The notes under the pieces are model-generated. The model saw only the letters and a list, made by a program, of their open reading frames with translations. It ran no database searches and was not told the origin of the DNA. This document shows, piece by piece, positions 17,013-58,400 of a stretch of DNA of 64,000 bases; the first letter of the stretch is position 1, and every line of letters starts with the position of its first letter. The stretch is taken from NCBI GenBank assembly GCA_012295275.1, contig CM022669.1, positions 5,952,001 through 6,016,000 of the forward strand. Direction: 5' to 3'. This DNA is from Chrysomallon squamiferum (taxonomy: Eukaryota; Animalia; Mollusca). The translations under genes and the position numbers were made by a program.

Positions 17013-18768
17013 AATGTGTATATATTATGTATGTATATTGTGTGTGGGTGTGTTTGTGTGTATTTGTGTGTGTGCGAATGTATGAAAAGAGCCATTATTT
17101 TTACCCTAGATAACTAATAATATTAAAGTACTGATGTTTCATTAAACATATAGTTATATCTACAAATACCTACTTTTATTTTTATTTATTTGTTATTATC
17201 ATCATCATCATCATCATTATTATTATTGTTATTATTGTTTTGCAGACTGTACAGAAGTGTTGTTTCTAACAACTTTTTCATAACAGTTTAATTCCATTTG
17301 CCAATGTTTATCATTATTATTATTATTATTTTTATTATTTTATTTTATTATTTTATTATTATTATTATTATTATTATTAAACTTGTTGTCACTTCTTATT
17401 TTTTTAGTGTTAACTTTTAATTGTTGATAAAGAATACTTTGTAGGTGGAATGTTTTTGTAACAGTTGCAATCATTTAGAGGTTTAAAAATCTTTTGTTGG
17501 ACGCTTATTTATTCATTTACATTTGTTTTAAATATAGAGTTGATTTTTAAATTGTTTCCTACTGTGGGTCCCCAGTGTTTGTTTGTCTTCTGCCCAGAAT
17601 GATGAAAAGTATAATTAATGATGACGTTTATATATATATTGCAATAGCTAGTAATATTAAACATATCTCATATTAGTAGAAATAGACTTTTAGTTTTCAT
17701 TGACATTTAACTATGTAAATGAATACTTCAGTCCAGGAGAATACAGGATTAAAAGATTCAGGAAAAGCAAGGCAACTATAAATGACTTTAAAATCGAATA
17801 TTGTTTATGACAAACTGAAATCCAATTTTAATTAGTACACATAAAAACTTATTATATGTCATATGAAATGAGAATGAGAAAAAAGAAGAGAAGAAAAGAT
17901 CAAAGTGATTTTTATAACTTTTAAATAATATTTCCTGCTGTTGTTTTATATTTTTTCTTTTTTTTTTCTGGAAAACTCGCCAGTAATCTCAATGTATCTG
18001 TGTCTGTTTTCTTCTTCATCATAGAGATTTTCTCTGGTCATTCTTAGAAAGGACAGCTTCAGAGATGGCAAAAGATGTAAAAGAAACAATTGTAAAGCTT
18101 CATAATTACACAAAGTTTATCTTGTACTGTTAGTATATATGTGTATATATATATATGTGTCTGTGTGTGTTTGTGTGTGTGTATGTATGTATGCAAATGT
18201 GTGTATATACCTATATGTATTTGTATGTAGTGTTTGTATGTTTTTAATTTATGATTAGTAATTACAATCTTCAAACAAAGAAGCTCATTAAGCGTCAAAA
18301 AATTAATATATAATTTTATTACAGAAGCAAATATAACGAGACAAATCTCAATATGATACACGTTTTCATCAGTCCAGTACAGTTTTCCTGGATATTATCT
18401 GTTTCTACCTCAGATCAAATTGTTGCTGTCAGCTGTTGTACCCACATCAGTAGTGAAAGAATTCGTAAAACTTTAAGATAACTAATTAAAATAATATTAT
18501 AATAATATTTATATGTAACGGACAAAGTGAAATTGCCATAGTGGTGTGCAAGAATGAATGTGGACTAAAATATGAAAGTTTTAACACAAGCAAGAAAGAA
18601 AAAGAAAAGTTATATAAACAAGAAACTATGTCACCCATCTGATTGTACTAATAAAAGATCAGGGAGTTTACAGTTAACAATTGTGTGATATTGTCATGAC
18701 ACAACAAAGAAACGGCAAGGAAAATGTTTATACAAGGTTCCGGATATGATCTGTCATGTTTTTGTTTT

Positions 18769-44579
<25,811 letters not shown>

Positions 44580-44791
44580 GTTTTGGGGATATTATGAGAG
44601 AGACAAACACACAAGGAAGTGAGAGAGAGAACAAAATGTGACAATGAGATGTTTGTAATGAGTCAAGTAATTTGATGTTCTATTTTTAATTTAGTAACAA
44701 GAATTGTTTATTGTTTCATTTCCCGTGTTGTACAGTTTGAAGAGCATCTGTCGCTCTGTTTGAGTGAGTGCTTCACTGTCTGTCTCTCTGC

Positions 44792-44938
<147 letters not shown>

Positions 44939-45414
44939 TAGATGAATATGCTGTGTACTTTACGAACTGCTATGTTACATATACTTGCAATCTGATGTTA
45001 CATATTTACTCAGTGATATATATGTGTATATATTCCAGGTGCTGGAGCCCGTTATTCGACAGCCTTTTATTTATTTCTGTTTTATATGTTTGTGTGTGTG
45101 TGTATGTGGGTGTCACTGTATTTATGTGTGTGTATGAATGTACATATTTGTCTTTATGTGTGCTTGTGTTTGTATATGTTGGTGTGTAGGTGAGTGTCTA
45201 TTGGTGTGTTTGTGTTTGTATGTGTTTTTAGCGTCTGACTGATTGAATGACTGTTTGATTGCTAAATACTTGAAAGCTAAAAGTCTTGTTTGCTTAACCA
45301 TCCCATCACTTTATTATTTCTTTCTTTTTTTAAATATCTAATATTAAGTATAAATCGCTTCTCTTTTTTTACTCAAATGTAACACCAAACATTCTTTCAT
45401 AACAAAATATGAAA

Positions 45415-45700
45415 CAGTGGTTGGAATGTGAAATAGCCCCAGCGAATGATTGACAGTTCGAGTCGTCTGTTCTTAATAGTTGTTGTTTGTTAGAAACCGA
45501 GGTTCAAATGCACTTGACATATAAAATAGAGTTTAAAACGACTGGTGTAGTTACATACTTCCTGATTCAACGACAGATAACACACCCTACTTTACTGAGT
45601 GTCACTGGGTCACAGAGGTCAAATAATTGTCACATATTTCATTCACAACACGAACCTCTCACCACAGAGACAAAGAATGAGTCGATTTGGAGAACATTGT
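45415..45700. promoter_or_regulatory. Upstream module, proximal to R1
   Basis: Near-identical to 7093-7380. Confidence 0.5.
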
Positions 45701-45798
45701 TCTAAAAAGAAGAAAAAGAAAGAACGGAAGAAGAATGATGGAAGGAAGGTTAGAAAGATATTTAATAAATTATCACAAATCTTCTTCATGGCATTGTT

Positions 45799-45838
<40 letters not shown>

Positions 45839-47664
45839 CAATGATTAATAGCACAAAGCACATGGAAACTACACGTTTGAAACTGAATATCTAAATATTG
45901 AATGAAGTTAAACATGTATTAACAACGACATCTTCCAGATGAAAACAACAGTAATAATGACAATGTCGATTATGACAATTACGACAATGTCACTCTCTCC
46001 ATTAACAGTTTCTATTATTTATTCATACCACAACAACAACTACTACTTCTGCTGCAGCTATTGTATTTATTACTACTACCACTTGTAGAACAACTACTAC
46101 TGCAGCTATTTCTATTACATCTTTAACGACTACGATGTCTTATGCCATTATTACTACAACATATCCATTATTTCTACAAAATTAAGTAAAACTACTACTA
46201 CCGCTACTACGACAACTGCTAAAACAGAAGGTAATAATGGTATGAAAACTAAAATTGGTGACTACTTAAACAATAATAAAATCTTTATTTTTTCTGTTAG
46301 TATAGTTCACTATTTTACGACAGTTTAGAATTTTTGGTCAACAAATTGCTTACGTTAATGTAGTCGCAGCAATAATAGTGCATGACATGGCATAGTAGAG
46401 GTATTATTATTATCATTAGTAGTAGTAGTAGTAGTAAATAACGTTTTTAATACTTTTACTAAATGTTCTGTTATATACTTTCTAAAAGATGTGTTAAATA
46501 TTTATAAACTCATATCAAATAAATGATGTGAGATGAACGACGTCCTCCTATATATTTACAAAACTGCTGGCGCTGTACTTAAAAAAAAGAAAAAAAAAGA
46601 ATCAACGACATATGTTATATGCTTAGGAAATGAAGATTATAATGATTAAATATAATATAATAAACTGCAGTAACATCCAGATACAGCTTCGCAAAGGGAC
46701 GATAACTGGAAGTCTCAGAAACAGTTGTAAATGAATAAAGAAATAAACAAATAAACAAACAAACAAATAAATACATTAATCTGACAATCTACAGGAAATG
46801 GGTTTGATTGCAAGTGTTCAGAGAGAAGTGTGTATTTACGTTAAAAAACAATAATATAAGCGAACATTCCTATAAATAATTGATTGATTGGTTGTTTATG
46901 AATTCTACTACTACTACTGCTAATACTACAACTACACAATAGAAATTAATAATATTATAAAAACAACAATTGGTCATTACGTAAATAATAATAAAATCTT
47001 CATTTCTATCGTGACTATTTGCAGCCAGTATTTGTTTCAGGAAGTAAACTCTCTCTCTCTCTTACTTTAAATAAAGTTCAATCATTAACTATGATGAAAT
47101 AAAATATTTGCTGAATTTTGTTTTATTCAAAGTGTTTGAGCCCGTTATTTGACAGCCTTTTATTTATTTTATGACTGACTGACTGACTGACTGATTGATT
47201 GACTCACTCACTCACTCACTCACTGATTGATTCACTGACTGACTGATTGATTGACTCACTCACTCACTCACTCACTCACTCACTCACTCACTCACTCACT
47301 CACTCACTCACTCACTCACTCACTCACTCACTCACTCACTCACTCACTAACTCACTCACTCACTCACTCACTCACTGATTGATTGACTGACTGACTGACT
47401 GACTGACTGACTGACTGATTGACTGATTGACTGACTGATTAACTGATTGACTGATTGACTGACGCACTGACTCACTGACTGATTGACTGACTGTTTGACT
47501 GTTTGACTGTTTGACTGATTGACTGATTGACTGACTGATTGACTGATTGATTGACTTACTGATGCACTGACTGCGTGACAGATTGGTTGATTGGTTATTT
47601 TATTAATGATATAAAATAATAAGAAGAAATCCTTTTACACGGAGAGCAGAACATTTTTTATATT

Positions 47665-47710
<46 letters not shown>

Positions 47711-47760
47711 CGTTTCTTATAGTTGTTTTTTTGTTTGTTTTTTTACGCAGATATAAAAAG

Positions 47761-48010
47761 CAGTGGTTGGAATGTGAAATAACCTCAGCGAATTTCTACA
47801 GAGCTGCAAGTCCACTTGAGATGTTTAATAGAAAGAGTTTAAAATGACTGGTGTAGTTACATACTTCCTGATTCAAATACAGATAACACGCCCTACTTTA
47901 CTGAGTCTCACTGGGTCACAGAGGTCAAATACTTGTCACATATTTCATTCACAACATGAACCTCTCAGCACAGAGACAAAGAATAAGTCGTTCATTTGAA
48001 GAATATTGTC
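47761..48010. promoter_or_regulatory. Upstream module, distal to R1
   Basis: Near-identical to 9449-9700. Confidence 0.45.
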
Positions 48011-48334
48011 AAGAAAATGAATAAAAAGAAATAGAAGAACGAAGGAAAGAAAAAAGAAAAGAAGTGAAAGATATCATTTAATAAATTATTATAAATCTTC
48101 TTCATGACATTGTTATTAGTATTATCATAATCATCATCATCAACACCATATCACCACTATGATTAATAACACAAAGCGCATGCCTAATTGCAGCCATGTA
48201 TATATGTTTGTATGTATGTGTGTATGCATATATACATAATTTTAATATAAAATTTTATTCGTCAATTTAAGAATTTACATATTTTATTAATAATAATAAT
48301 AATAATAATAGTATTAATAATAATAATAATATTA

Positions 48335-48375
<41 letters not shown>

Positions 48376-48787
48376 CTTAATAATAATAATAATCATAATA
48401 ATAATAATAATAATATATTACAATATTAAATAAATAAAATAAAATAAAAATATAAAATAACAAAACTGAACAGTAATCCGACAATAAAAAGAGTTATGAT
48501 ATAAAGGGAGAGAATCTAGATCTCTAGATAACATAATGCGGTAATGAAGCTCATGATGATAATAAGTATGATAGAGACAAATAAAGAAAACGATGGGGAG
48601 AGAAAACAGTATTTATATATATATATATATAAATAAGAACAGAAGAGGTATATTTCTACAGAAAACAGGATCTTCCATATACTGTAAATGAATATATTAT
48701 TTCTAACTGCTGTTTTTAATAATGTTCATAAAATTTTATTTTTATTTTTTATTAATTTTTTCTATCATTATTATTATTATTATTATA

Positions 48788-48844
<57 letters not shown>

Positions 48845-49821
48845 ACTATTGTTATTATTATAATTTTTTTTTTTTTCTGTTAATTTTATTGTATCAGTGA
48901 CATATTGTTGTGTGGATTTGCAACATATATAAATACGGTTTTCCCTGATATTGATGTATAACTAAATAAACAACAGCAATAACATTTAAATTTAAATTTA
49001 AATTTAAAAATAAGAATAAAAATTAAAAAAAAACAGGTTTATCACAAGCATAATCTCAAAAAAGTTTTGAGTTATATTAAAAGTTAATTAATTCATATGG
49101 AAATTTAACGGTTTTTTTAATTTATTTTGGAAATTTTAAAAATATTTTAATGCCACTAAATAATTCAAAAAATGAATTTTTTAATGTCCTTTTTTCTCTT
49201 CAAAAATGTATGGAGGACGTATCATCTTTTGTGTGTCATGTATTTTCTTAGTAAAAATAAAAACCCAACAAAATAGACATCGTTTGTGTAAAAGCAATAT
49301 TTTTAAAACACATATCTAATATAACAGTTGTAAATGCATATCCCTGAAATGATTTATTTTTTAAATTAGAGGGTTTCAGTGTTCGTTGCTAAGAAAAAAG
49401 TGTAGATATGAATAGAATTGTTGAAATGTGCATGCAAGTTATTATTTTAAAAATCTTGATTTATTTCTTTAATTTCTTTTTACAAATTATATTGGTTTAT
49501 TTATTTCATAATATGTGTGTTTGTGCTTTTGAAATTAAAATTTTAGAAAAGCAATAGCACTACAAACCTACACAGATTCTTAGAAGTTAGAGTATTTGAA
49601 TTCTACGTCCTGTATATAAAATGTAATAGTTTATTTTATAAGAAAGATTTTGAAATGTATTTTCATCTCTTTCATATTCGGCTTTTAAATAACTATATAT
49701 AAATATGTCAGACTCTCGTTATATCTTCGTTTAATTAAAAGGTTATGGGTTGTTGTTGTTACGTCATTGTCTTTGTGCTTGGTACGTAACAAATTTTGTC
49801 TTTTTTTTCCCTTTCTTCTTT

Positions 49822-49852
<31 letters not shown>

Positions 49853-49855
49853 TTC

Positions 49856-49896
<41 letters not shown>

Positions 49897-50214
49897 TTTA
49901 TTTATATCCAACTGGTCTGTCATATTTTATAGTGGATATAATCAGGTACGAAGAAATAATTCCATTGTCAAAAAATTCATTACGTGATCGCATGAGAAAA
50001 ATCCATTAACCATTGGTCAACTGTTCCATCGTTTTTAACGTGATCGAATCTGATTGGTTAATCTTTGGAAACTTTTAATATATATTCATTCAGATGTTAC
50101 TCAGAAGATGTAGATGGTTTTAACTTATCTGAAACTTTATAATGATTGTAAGAAATGTTTCGTTAATATTTTCATAGATCATTGCACGGAAAGATGTGAG
50201 CAGTGTAGCTGATA

Positions 50215-50259
50215 ATTAAAGACTTTTCATAAACGTAGACATTAAGTTTATGCCATAAT
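50215..50259 (-). CDS. Terminal exon of a second S-type gene whose body would lie in the gap
   Basis: Paralogous to 11924-11949 with the same ttttattttcag acceptor; small indels at the contig end. Confidence 0.4.
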
Positions 50260-50288
50260 CTGAAAATAAAAATAAAATGTTTTCGTTG

Positions 50289-50488
50289 NNNNNNNNNNNN
50301 NNNNNNNNNNNNNNNNNNNNNNNNNNNNNNNNNNNNNNNNNNNNNNNNNNNNNNNNNNNNNNNNNNNNNNNNNNNNNNNNNNNNNNNNNNNNNNNNNNNN
50401 NNNNNNNNNNNNNNNNNNNNNNNNNNNNNNNNNNNNNNNNNNNNNNNNNNNNNNNNNNNNNNNNNNNNNNNNNNNNNNNNNNNNNNNN
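50289..50488. other. Assembly gap (200 N, placeholder size)
   Basis: N run; the flanks correspond to 11978 and ~34405, implying roughly 22 kb missing if the unit is conserved. Confidence 0.95.
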
Positions 50489-50499
50489 TAATTACAAAC

Positions 50500-51369
50500 C
50501 TTGTGTACAATCAACTCCAGTCCATCCTGGCTGACATCCTTCAACACAAGTTCCATTTTTTATTTCACATGTAGACTTAGAAACACAGTGACGTTCTGAA
50601 CACTTCTTTGTACAGTTAACTCCATAATTAATACCTTCCTGACAACCTGAAATTAAACAAGAAACAACATAGTAAAAAAATACGAAGAAACAAAATCATT
50701 AACGAATCAGTAAGAACATCGAAATAACTCAAGAAAGAATTACGAAAATAATAATTAATAATATATTCGTATGTAATAAGTGAAATAAATAAATAAACAA
50801 ATTCAACTATGTGTTTTGCATACAAAACATGTTCCATTGTTTACATCAGACGTAGAATTAGAAAAACAGTGACGTTTTCAACACAGGTTTTTTGCAGTTA
50901 GAACCATAACAAAATCATAATCAGACAAAACATTTCAGTATGGATCTTGCATGTTGTGTATGTTGACAACATTTAATAGTCGATTTCTGTATTTTACCTT
51001 AATTACTGCTGCTTGTACAAGTCCTACTAACCAATTCCATCCCAGCAATGGCTAAAGTAACTACTAATACACTAACTACTTTTACCATTACCAGTACAGC
51101 TTCTATTACCACTACTTCTGGTTATTACTACTACTTCTAATACTATTATTACTAATATTACTATCACCCTTCTACTATTGGTACTACTACTACTAATACT
51201 AATACTACTATTTTCTATTACTACAGCTACACTACTACTTTCCATCGTTAATGGCTAAAGTACTACTCTTAATATTATTAAGAAATAATTAAGAGAGACA
51301 GAGAGAAAGGAGGGACAAGACATACTAGTAAACAAACAAACGTTAAGAGAGAGAGATTACTTTTAATAT

Positions 51370-51465
<96 letters not shown>

Positions 51466-51663
51466 TTTTAAATACCTTGTGTACAGTCTCTTCCAGTCCA
51501 TCCCGGAAGACATCCACCTTTACATCGTCCTGTCCTTTTATTACATCTATAATGTGAGACACAGTGACGTTCTGAACACAGCTTGGTACAGTTAGGACCG
51601 TAAGTTACATTTTTCTCACACTCTACGAAATAAAGATTTGGAATCAATATTACTCAACAAAAC

Positions 51664-51694
<31 letters not shown>

Positions 51695-54069
51695 CAGTAA
51701 AATAATGATGCTGCAAATTCTAAAACATTCAGAAAATATAATTTTCGAAAATAATAGTTTTACAATTTAAAATAAATCCTGTAAAATAAGGAAGACTGGC
51801 AGATAAAAAGCGAAATAAATACTTTTATAAAAAGTTCATAACAGAGTACACAGCATACGTTAAAGTTGAAGGTTTGTCGTACGTATTATTATATAGTCTC
51901 TATACATCTACTTCTTCTCCTTTAATATATGTTTTTTCATTTATTTATTTATTTATTTATATATTTATTTATTTATTTATTTATTTATTTATTTGTTTGT
52001 TTTATATTATTTTATTTTATTTTATTTTATTTTATTGTTATGTTTTATATTTACTTTGGTGTATTTTACTTACATTGTCTAGTAAAAATGCTACTGTCAC
52101 AAAATATAAGAACGCAGTCTTTCCTACATATTAACAAAAATAAATAAATAATTAAAAAAAGGAAGAAAAATGAAAAGTAACATTGTCTATTAAACAAAAT
52201 ATTTCCGGAAAATGTTAAAACAGAACTGGATGGTTTTGTTCGTGTTCTTTTTTATTTTATTTTATTTTATTTTTTTTTGGGGGGGGGGTGTTGTTGGTGG
52301 TTTGTTTGTTTGTTTGTTGTTTTCCGAATTTGTTTGAAAATATTTAAATAAAGAAAGAAAACAGGAGTAAGTTTAAAAACTGTCTCAGCAATTAAAAAGT
52401 TAATTTTTATACGAGTTCATGTTAACTGCAAGAGTGAAAAAAAAAAAAAAAAATAAAATAAAAATAAGTAAGTAAATAAATAAAATAACATGAAATAAAA
52501 TATAGCAACGGTAACATAACGTAATGCAATACGATACAATATAGTACAAATAAACACACTAAATTAGGGGAAAACAAACAAGAAAAACAATTATATTTAT
52601 TAAGAAATTGCTGCAAGGTACACATTTCAAAGTTATTAATTATCAATATAAACATAGACAGACAGAGATAAAATGCATATGTGTTTATGTGTGTGTGTCT
52701 GTGTGTGTATATGTGTCTGTGTGTGTCTGTCTGTGTATGTATGTATGGATACAAATTTTCTTCTTTGATCACAACGCAATTTGATAGCATATAGGTCGGT
52801 TCAAAAGGAACAAACAATGAAAATAAAATAATAAAATAAAATTTTAATTCATTAATTATTAATATTTTATGTATATTTATTTCAAAATGTCAAAAAGGTG
52901 TTACATATGGTCGTAATTGTAAAATGTTACGTAGAAAACGAAACTATGCTAAATCAACGGCTACATGTGATATATTTGCTGGGTCTTGTATGGGACCATG
53001 TGAACCAGAATGGAAAGGAGTTGACTGTACTCGAGGTAAATCATTATCTTCTCTAAGCCGTTTTTCATTTCGCAATTCTCTTTGTTATATTTTTAACATG
53101 TTTACTAAATACAACCAGTTTCAAATATTTTCTTAACAAACACATCACACAGACTGGCTGATCAGCATTGAGGCTTTTTTGTGTAATGGGCAGAGAATAA
53201 TTGCGATTTTCTTACCGTTCTAAATGTAAACGGTTCTGTACAAAACGTCATGGTTTTTCTAATTCTACATGTGATTGAAAATATTGAACTTGTATTGAAG
53301 GATGTCAACCTGGATGGACTGGAGTTGATTGTAAAAGATATATAAAATTCTGCTGTATTTAGTTAACAGATCAGAAATATTACAGAGAGAAAATGAATTG
53401 TAAAACGGCTTATAGAAGATAATAATATAACTAAAATACTATCAACTCCTTTCCATCCTGGTTTACACTGTCCAATACAAGATCCAAGAAATATATCGCA
53501 TGTACCTGTTGATTTAGTACAGTGACGTTTTGTACAAAACTGTTTAGAGTTACGGCCATATGTAACACCTTTTTGACATTCTAAAAATAAATAAATAAAT
53601 AAATACAGCATAATATTATTCAGTGAATAATTAATAAACACTTCCGAATTAAAATTTCTAAGGTATCTGAAGTACTTTATATATATAAACCTGCATATAT
53701 AATTATTATTATTGTTTAGGAAAACTGAAATAATTACTCTAGTCATATGATTTTTATTGATGGTAATTTGTATTGTAATTTTCTTTAATATTTATTATAA
53801 TGTTATATAAGTTTTGTTATATTCAGTAAAATCAATAATTATATGTGATAATAATATTAAAGAATGTGATGTAACTGTAATGTGATAAAAGAAATGATCA
53901 TCAGCGAAGATATATAACAATGATACTTTACCACAGTTTTATATATTTACATTAACCAAAATAAATATGAATTTGTATCATTCTCGTGATGTGAAATTAT
54001 CAAGATTCGGTCAGCCCACCTCATTATAGGCGTTTTTGTTATATTATACTGCTAAATCAATTGAAAATA

Positions 54070-54112
<43 letters not shown>

Positions 54113-54550
54113 ATATATATATATCTATATATCTGTCTATCTATATATATATATATAGATAGATAGATATATATTTAATGTAGTTACTATAAAAATTACA
54201 AGTTAGGTACAATATTTCCAACAGATTTATAAATTTGTTTGTTAGATTTAAATCTACAATTTAACTTTATAAGCTTTTATCCTTTTCTCAGTAAGTACTA
54301 TATATTTTATTTATATTCACTGTTTGTTAGTGCAGTATACTCGGTTGTTTTTCTGTATGACTCAAGCGTGGAAAGTTGAGTAAAGAGGCGAAAAGCAAAC
54401 CTCGCGAAATTCATGTAAAGTAAAAACAATATTGATAATGAGAAAACATATTTCACAGAAGTAATCTGTCACTGTTAGTTTTCATGCAATATTATTAATA
54501 ACATTGCTCAGTAAAGTCAAACCATCAGTTTTGTCATGCAGTCATGTGTC

Positions 54551-54617
<67 letters not shown>

Positions 54618-54991
54618 CTAACAAGACAAACTGAGAAACAGAATGAAGGAAACATTATGAAACAGACTGAAGGAAACACTGACAAAAACATTATGAAACA
54701 GTCAGAGCAAAACTGAAAAAAAGAACAGAGAAACATAGATAAACTGAGAGATAGATTGTTAAAAAACCGCAGAGAGAAACATTATTAACCAGATAAATAT
54801 GATTAAGAAGACTGAGAGAAACTTTGTTAAACAGACAGAGAGAAACATTATGAAACACATTGAGAAAAACAATGAGAACAGTTTGAAACAGAGAAACACT
54901 GAAAAACAGATTAAGTGAATCGCTGATAAACAGAGAGATCCTGATCTATTAGAACAAAATGTTACATGATGGACTAACAAAAGACAGATAC

Positions 54992-55041
<50 letters not shown>

Positions 55042-55371
55042 TAAGCGATAAAATAAAATAAAATTGAATCAGAAATAAATAAATCAAAAAATAAATAAAT
55101 TAAAAATAAATTAAATAAATAAATAAATTATTCAGATTCCGTCCCATCCCATTGTCAATGTTCATTCAAGTTGAATTATCTAAAAATCAGAACAGTTTTG
55201 AACAATTACTGTTTTGCATTTAAAATAGTATAAAACATTTTCTTAATTTTTTCTTTCATTTTTCTCCATTTCATATTTTCATGCTTATCTTCCTTCCTTA
55301 TATTACTATTTCTACTTTATTCATTGAAAGAAAGAGAGAGTGAAAATAAGAGCACATACACATACACATAC

Positions 55372-55406
<35 letters not shown>

Positions 55407-58400
55407 CACACACACACACATGCATACATACATGACGTATATAACTACATATATCGATAGAAAAAGATACATAGTTTATTTTCTTTCATTATTTTTCTTT
55501 CCTTCTTGTGTTTTGATTTTACTCTTGTCTCGCTGAACATATAATTTGCGGTAATGAGAATGTTATTTAAATACCTTTTGTACAGTCTTTTCCAGTCCAT
55601 CCAGGAAGACATCCATCTTTACATTGTCCTGACTTTTTACTACATGTAGAATTTGAGACACAGTGACGTTTTGAACACAGTTTGGTACACCCACGACCGT
55701 AATTAACTTTATTTTCACACTCTAATAAATAAAAATAAGAATTAAGCTGTTGCTATGTTTGCATTTTAGAAATAGCATTTACTGAATTAATACTGAAGAT
55801 TTCATATATACATAAATAGGGAAAAGCGGAGCTTATTATATATAATAATTTCTCTCTTTCACTGTACAAAAACTACGTTAACCATTTACCTTGGTTTTAT
55901 AATATAATATAATATAATATAAAATCAGAAAATATATCTTTTTAATAAATTACAGTTCACTGACCAGTGGTGCAGTCAATTCCCTTCCATCCCCGCTTAC
56001 ATCCAGTGTCACATGACCCGTTCACATGGTTACAAGTTGAATTTCCTGAACAGTGTCTGTCAGAACAGTTTCGTGAACAATTGGATCCGTACTGTTCTGA
56101 ACTACATTCTAAAATAGTATAAAACAGAAAAAAGTAAGCAATAAAATAAAATACTGCACATTTAAATATTAATATGAAACTATTCAGTACTTGAATTTTC
56201 ATTCGAATTATAAATATTTTTTAATTTCTTTATATATTTTCTTAAGTTTTTTTCTTTTTGTTTCTCTTTTATCGTTTGTTTCATTCGTTCTCCACTTCAT
56301 ATTTCCTTGTTTGTCTGCCTTTCTTGTCGTATTATTCCTACTTTATTCACTGAAAAAAAAAGATAGACTGAAAGTAACAACACACACATAGACACACACA
56401 CAAACAAATACACCCATGTACATGCATACATACAGGAGAGACATAAAAAGAGACTGAAAGTAACAACACACATATACACACAAATACACCCATGTACATG
56501 TATACATACATTATGTACGTAGCCACAATATAAACATATATCGAAAGAAAAAGATACACAGTTTATATATATTAAACAAATAAATGAAAAAAATGAAAAA
56601 AATATCGATGATTTCACACATACAAAAATAGGGAAAAACGGGGCAAAATGAAACACGGAGAAAAGCTAAACAACCCCGTTGAACCATGCTTATGATGTAA
56701 TTTATAGATTACTGTTTTCATTAGAAGGTCACACAGAGTAAGCACTGTTTTTTTTTTTTCATGGTAGCCATTTTGATAACCCAGCTATATACTTTTAAAA
56801 AGAAAAAGTCTGTTTTGTGCAAGCTGAAAGCAATACTTTACATAATTTAATCGTCTACTAAAGCACTGTGATTTTGTAGAAATATTATGCCACCCATTTT
56901 GTTGAATCTAAAGCCAGTGTCTAACATGTGCATGATAGCATTTCTTGTCGAGGTTGGTATACGTGCTATATCAAGTGTTTATGACAAATAACACGTGATT
57001 TTAGCAAAGTGGATGGGCAAATTGATAGATCTCATGAATGTCCATTTATGATAAATGACTGTCTGATGATAAAGGCGTAGGTCTGCTGATTATTAAAATT
57101 TACATTTGCCTTTGATTTCCCAGGCAAAATGGTTCGAGGTTATAAAAGAAAAACAGATGATCAGAAATGGTTAGAAGACTACATAGAGAAGACAATTATT
57201 AAAATGAGCAACAAAGAAATGGAGAGGCAGCTGATATACATATAGTAATACAAAGTGCACTTTATTCCGACGGGCTAGGTAAAAGGTTGATCCTGAAGAA
57301 GTGGTAAAAAACGGCAAGCGTTTGATGTGAGTCTCGTATTTTGTAGAATCGTTTTTAATGACATTATAAGATAATTAATTATCTTACGTCACGTGTTTTA
57401 ATGATACCAGCCTATGTTTGCCTTGTACTAAAAATTCTGCTTCTGCATTGTATTTTTTATATCTGTTTTCGCCGAAAACCACCTTCATGGAACAGCGAGT
57501 TTTTGCTTTAATTCTCATCGATTTCTGATTGTTATCCTTTCAAGTTACGCTGAAAGAAATAATTTTGACCATCCATTTAATAAAGAACTGAAGATGGCGG
57601 GTGACGATTTTGACTATGGATTTCTAAAGCACAACAAAACACTATCACTTCGCAACCAGAAAGCGCATCAGCAGTAAGGCGCAGGTTTTACAAGGTATCA
57701 GTGGCTGTGTTCTTTGGCCATTTGGACAAGCTGTATAGAACATATAATTTCCCCATAAATCGTATGTATAACAGTCGTGACCTACTAGCAGTGACAGTGC
57801 TTAATAAAATGTCAAAGGTTACATCCATGAAGGGTAAAAAACAGGTTGGCTGCAGTCGTCTAGGCAGAAATAGGCATTTTTTGACGGCAGAAATTTCTTT
57901 CTTTGTGCTAGGGAATAGTACAACCCCATTGCTTGTCTTCCCTCGAAAAAGTTACAATTGATCTCATTTGATACTCTGATTACATGTCATCCAATATGGC
58001 CCAACAATTTTCTACAACAGGCAAAGCCTACTGTCAAAGATACTCTTCTTTTCATTTTCGATGGTCATTCTACCCATACGGAAAACATTACCTTAATTGA
58101 AATGGGGAGGAAGAATCTTATGCATAAACATTATAATCCAGCCTCACACATTACATCGTCTTCAATCCCTTGATGTTTCCTTTAAGGGCCCTCTAAACAT
58201 ATATTATGAAAAAGAAGTGCGAGTTTGACTAAGGAATCATCCAGAGAAAGGTTATACCATCTACCAGGTTTCTTCTCTGTTTGGGATTGCTTAATAGAAT
58301 GCTGCCACTTCAGCAACGATCATCAGTGGATTTGCAGAAACTGGACGTATTCCCAGATCATGTTTGCTCCAGCGCAAACAACAGACAGACTGTACCAGTT

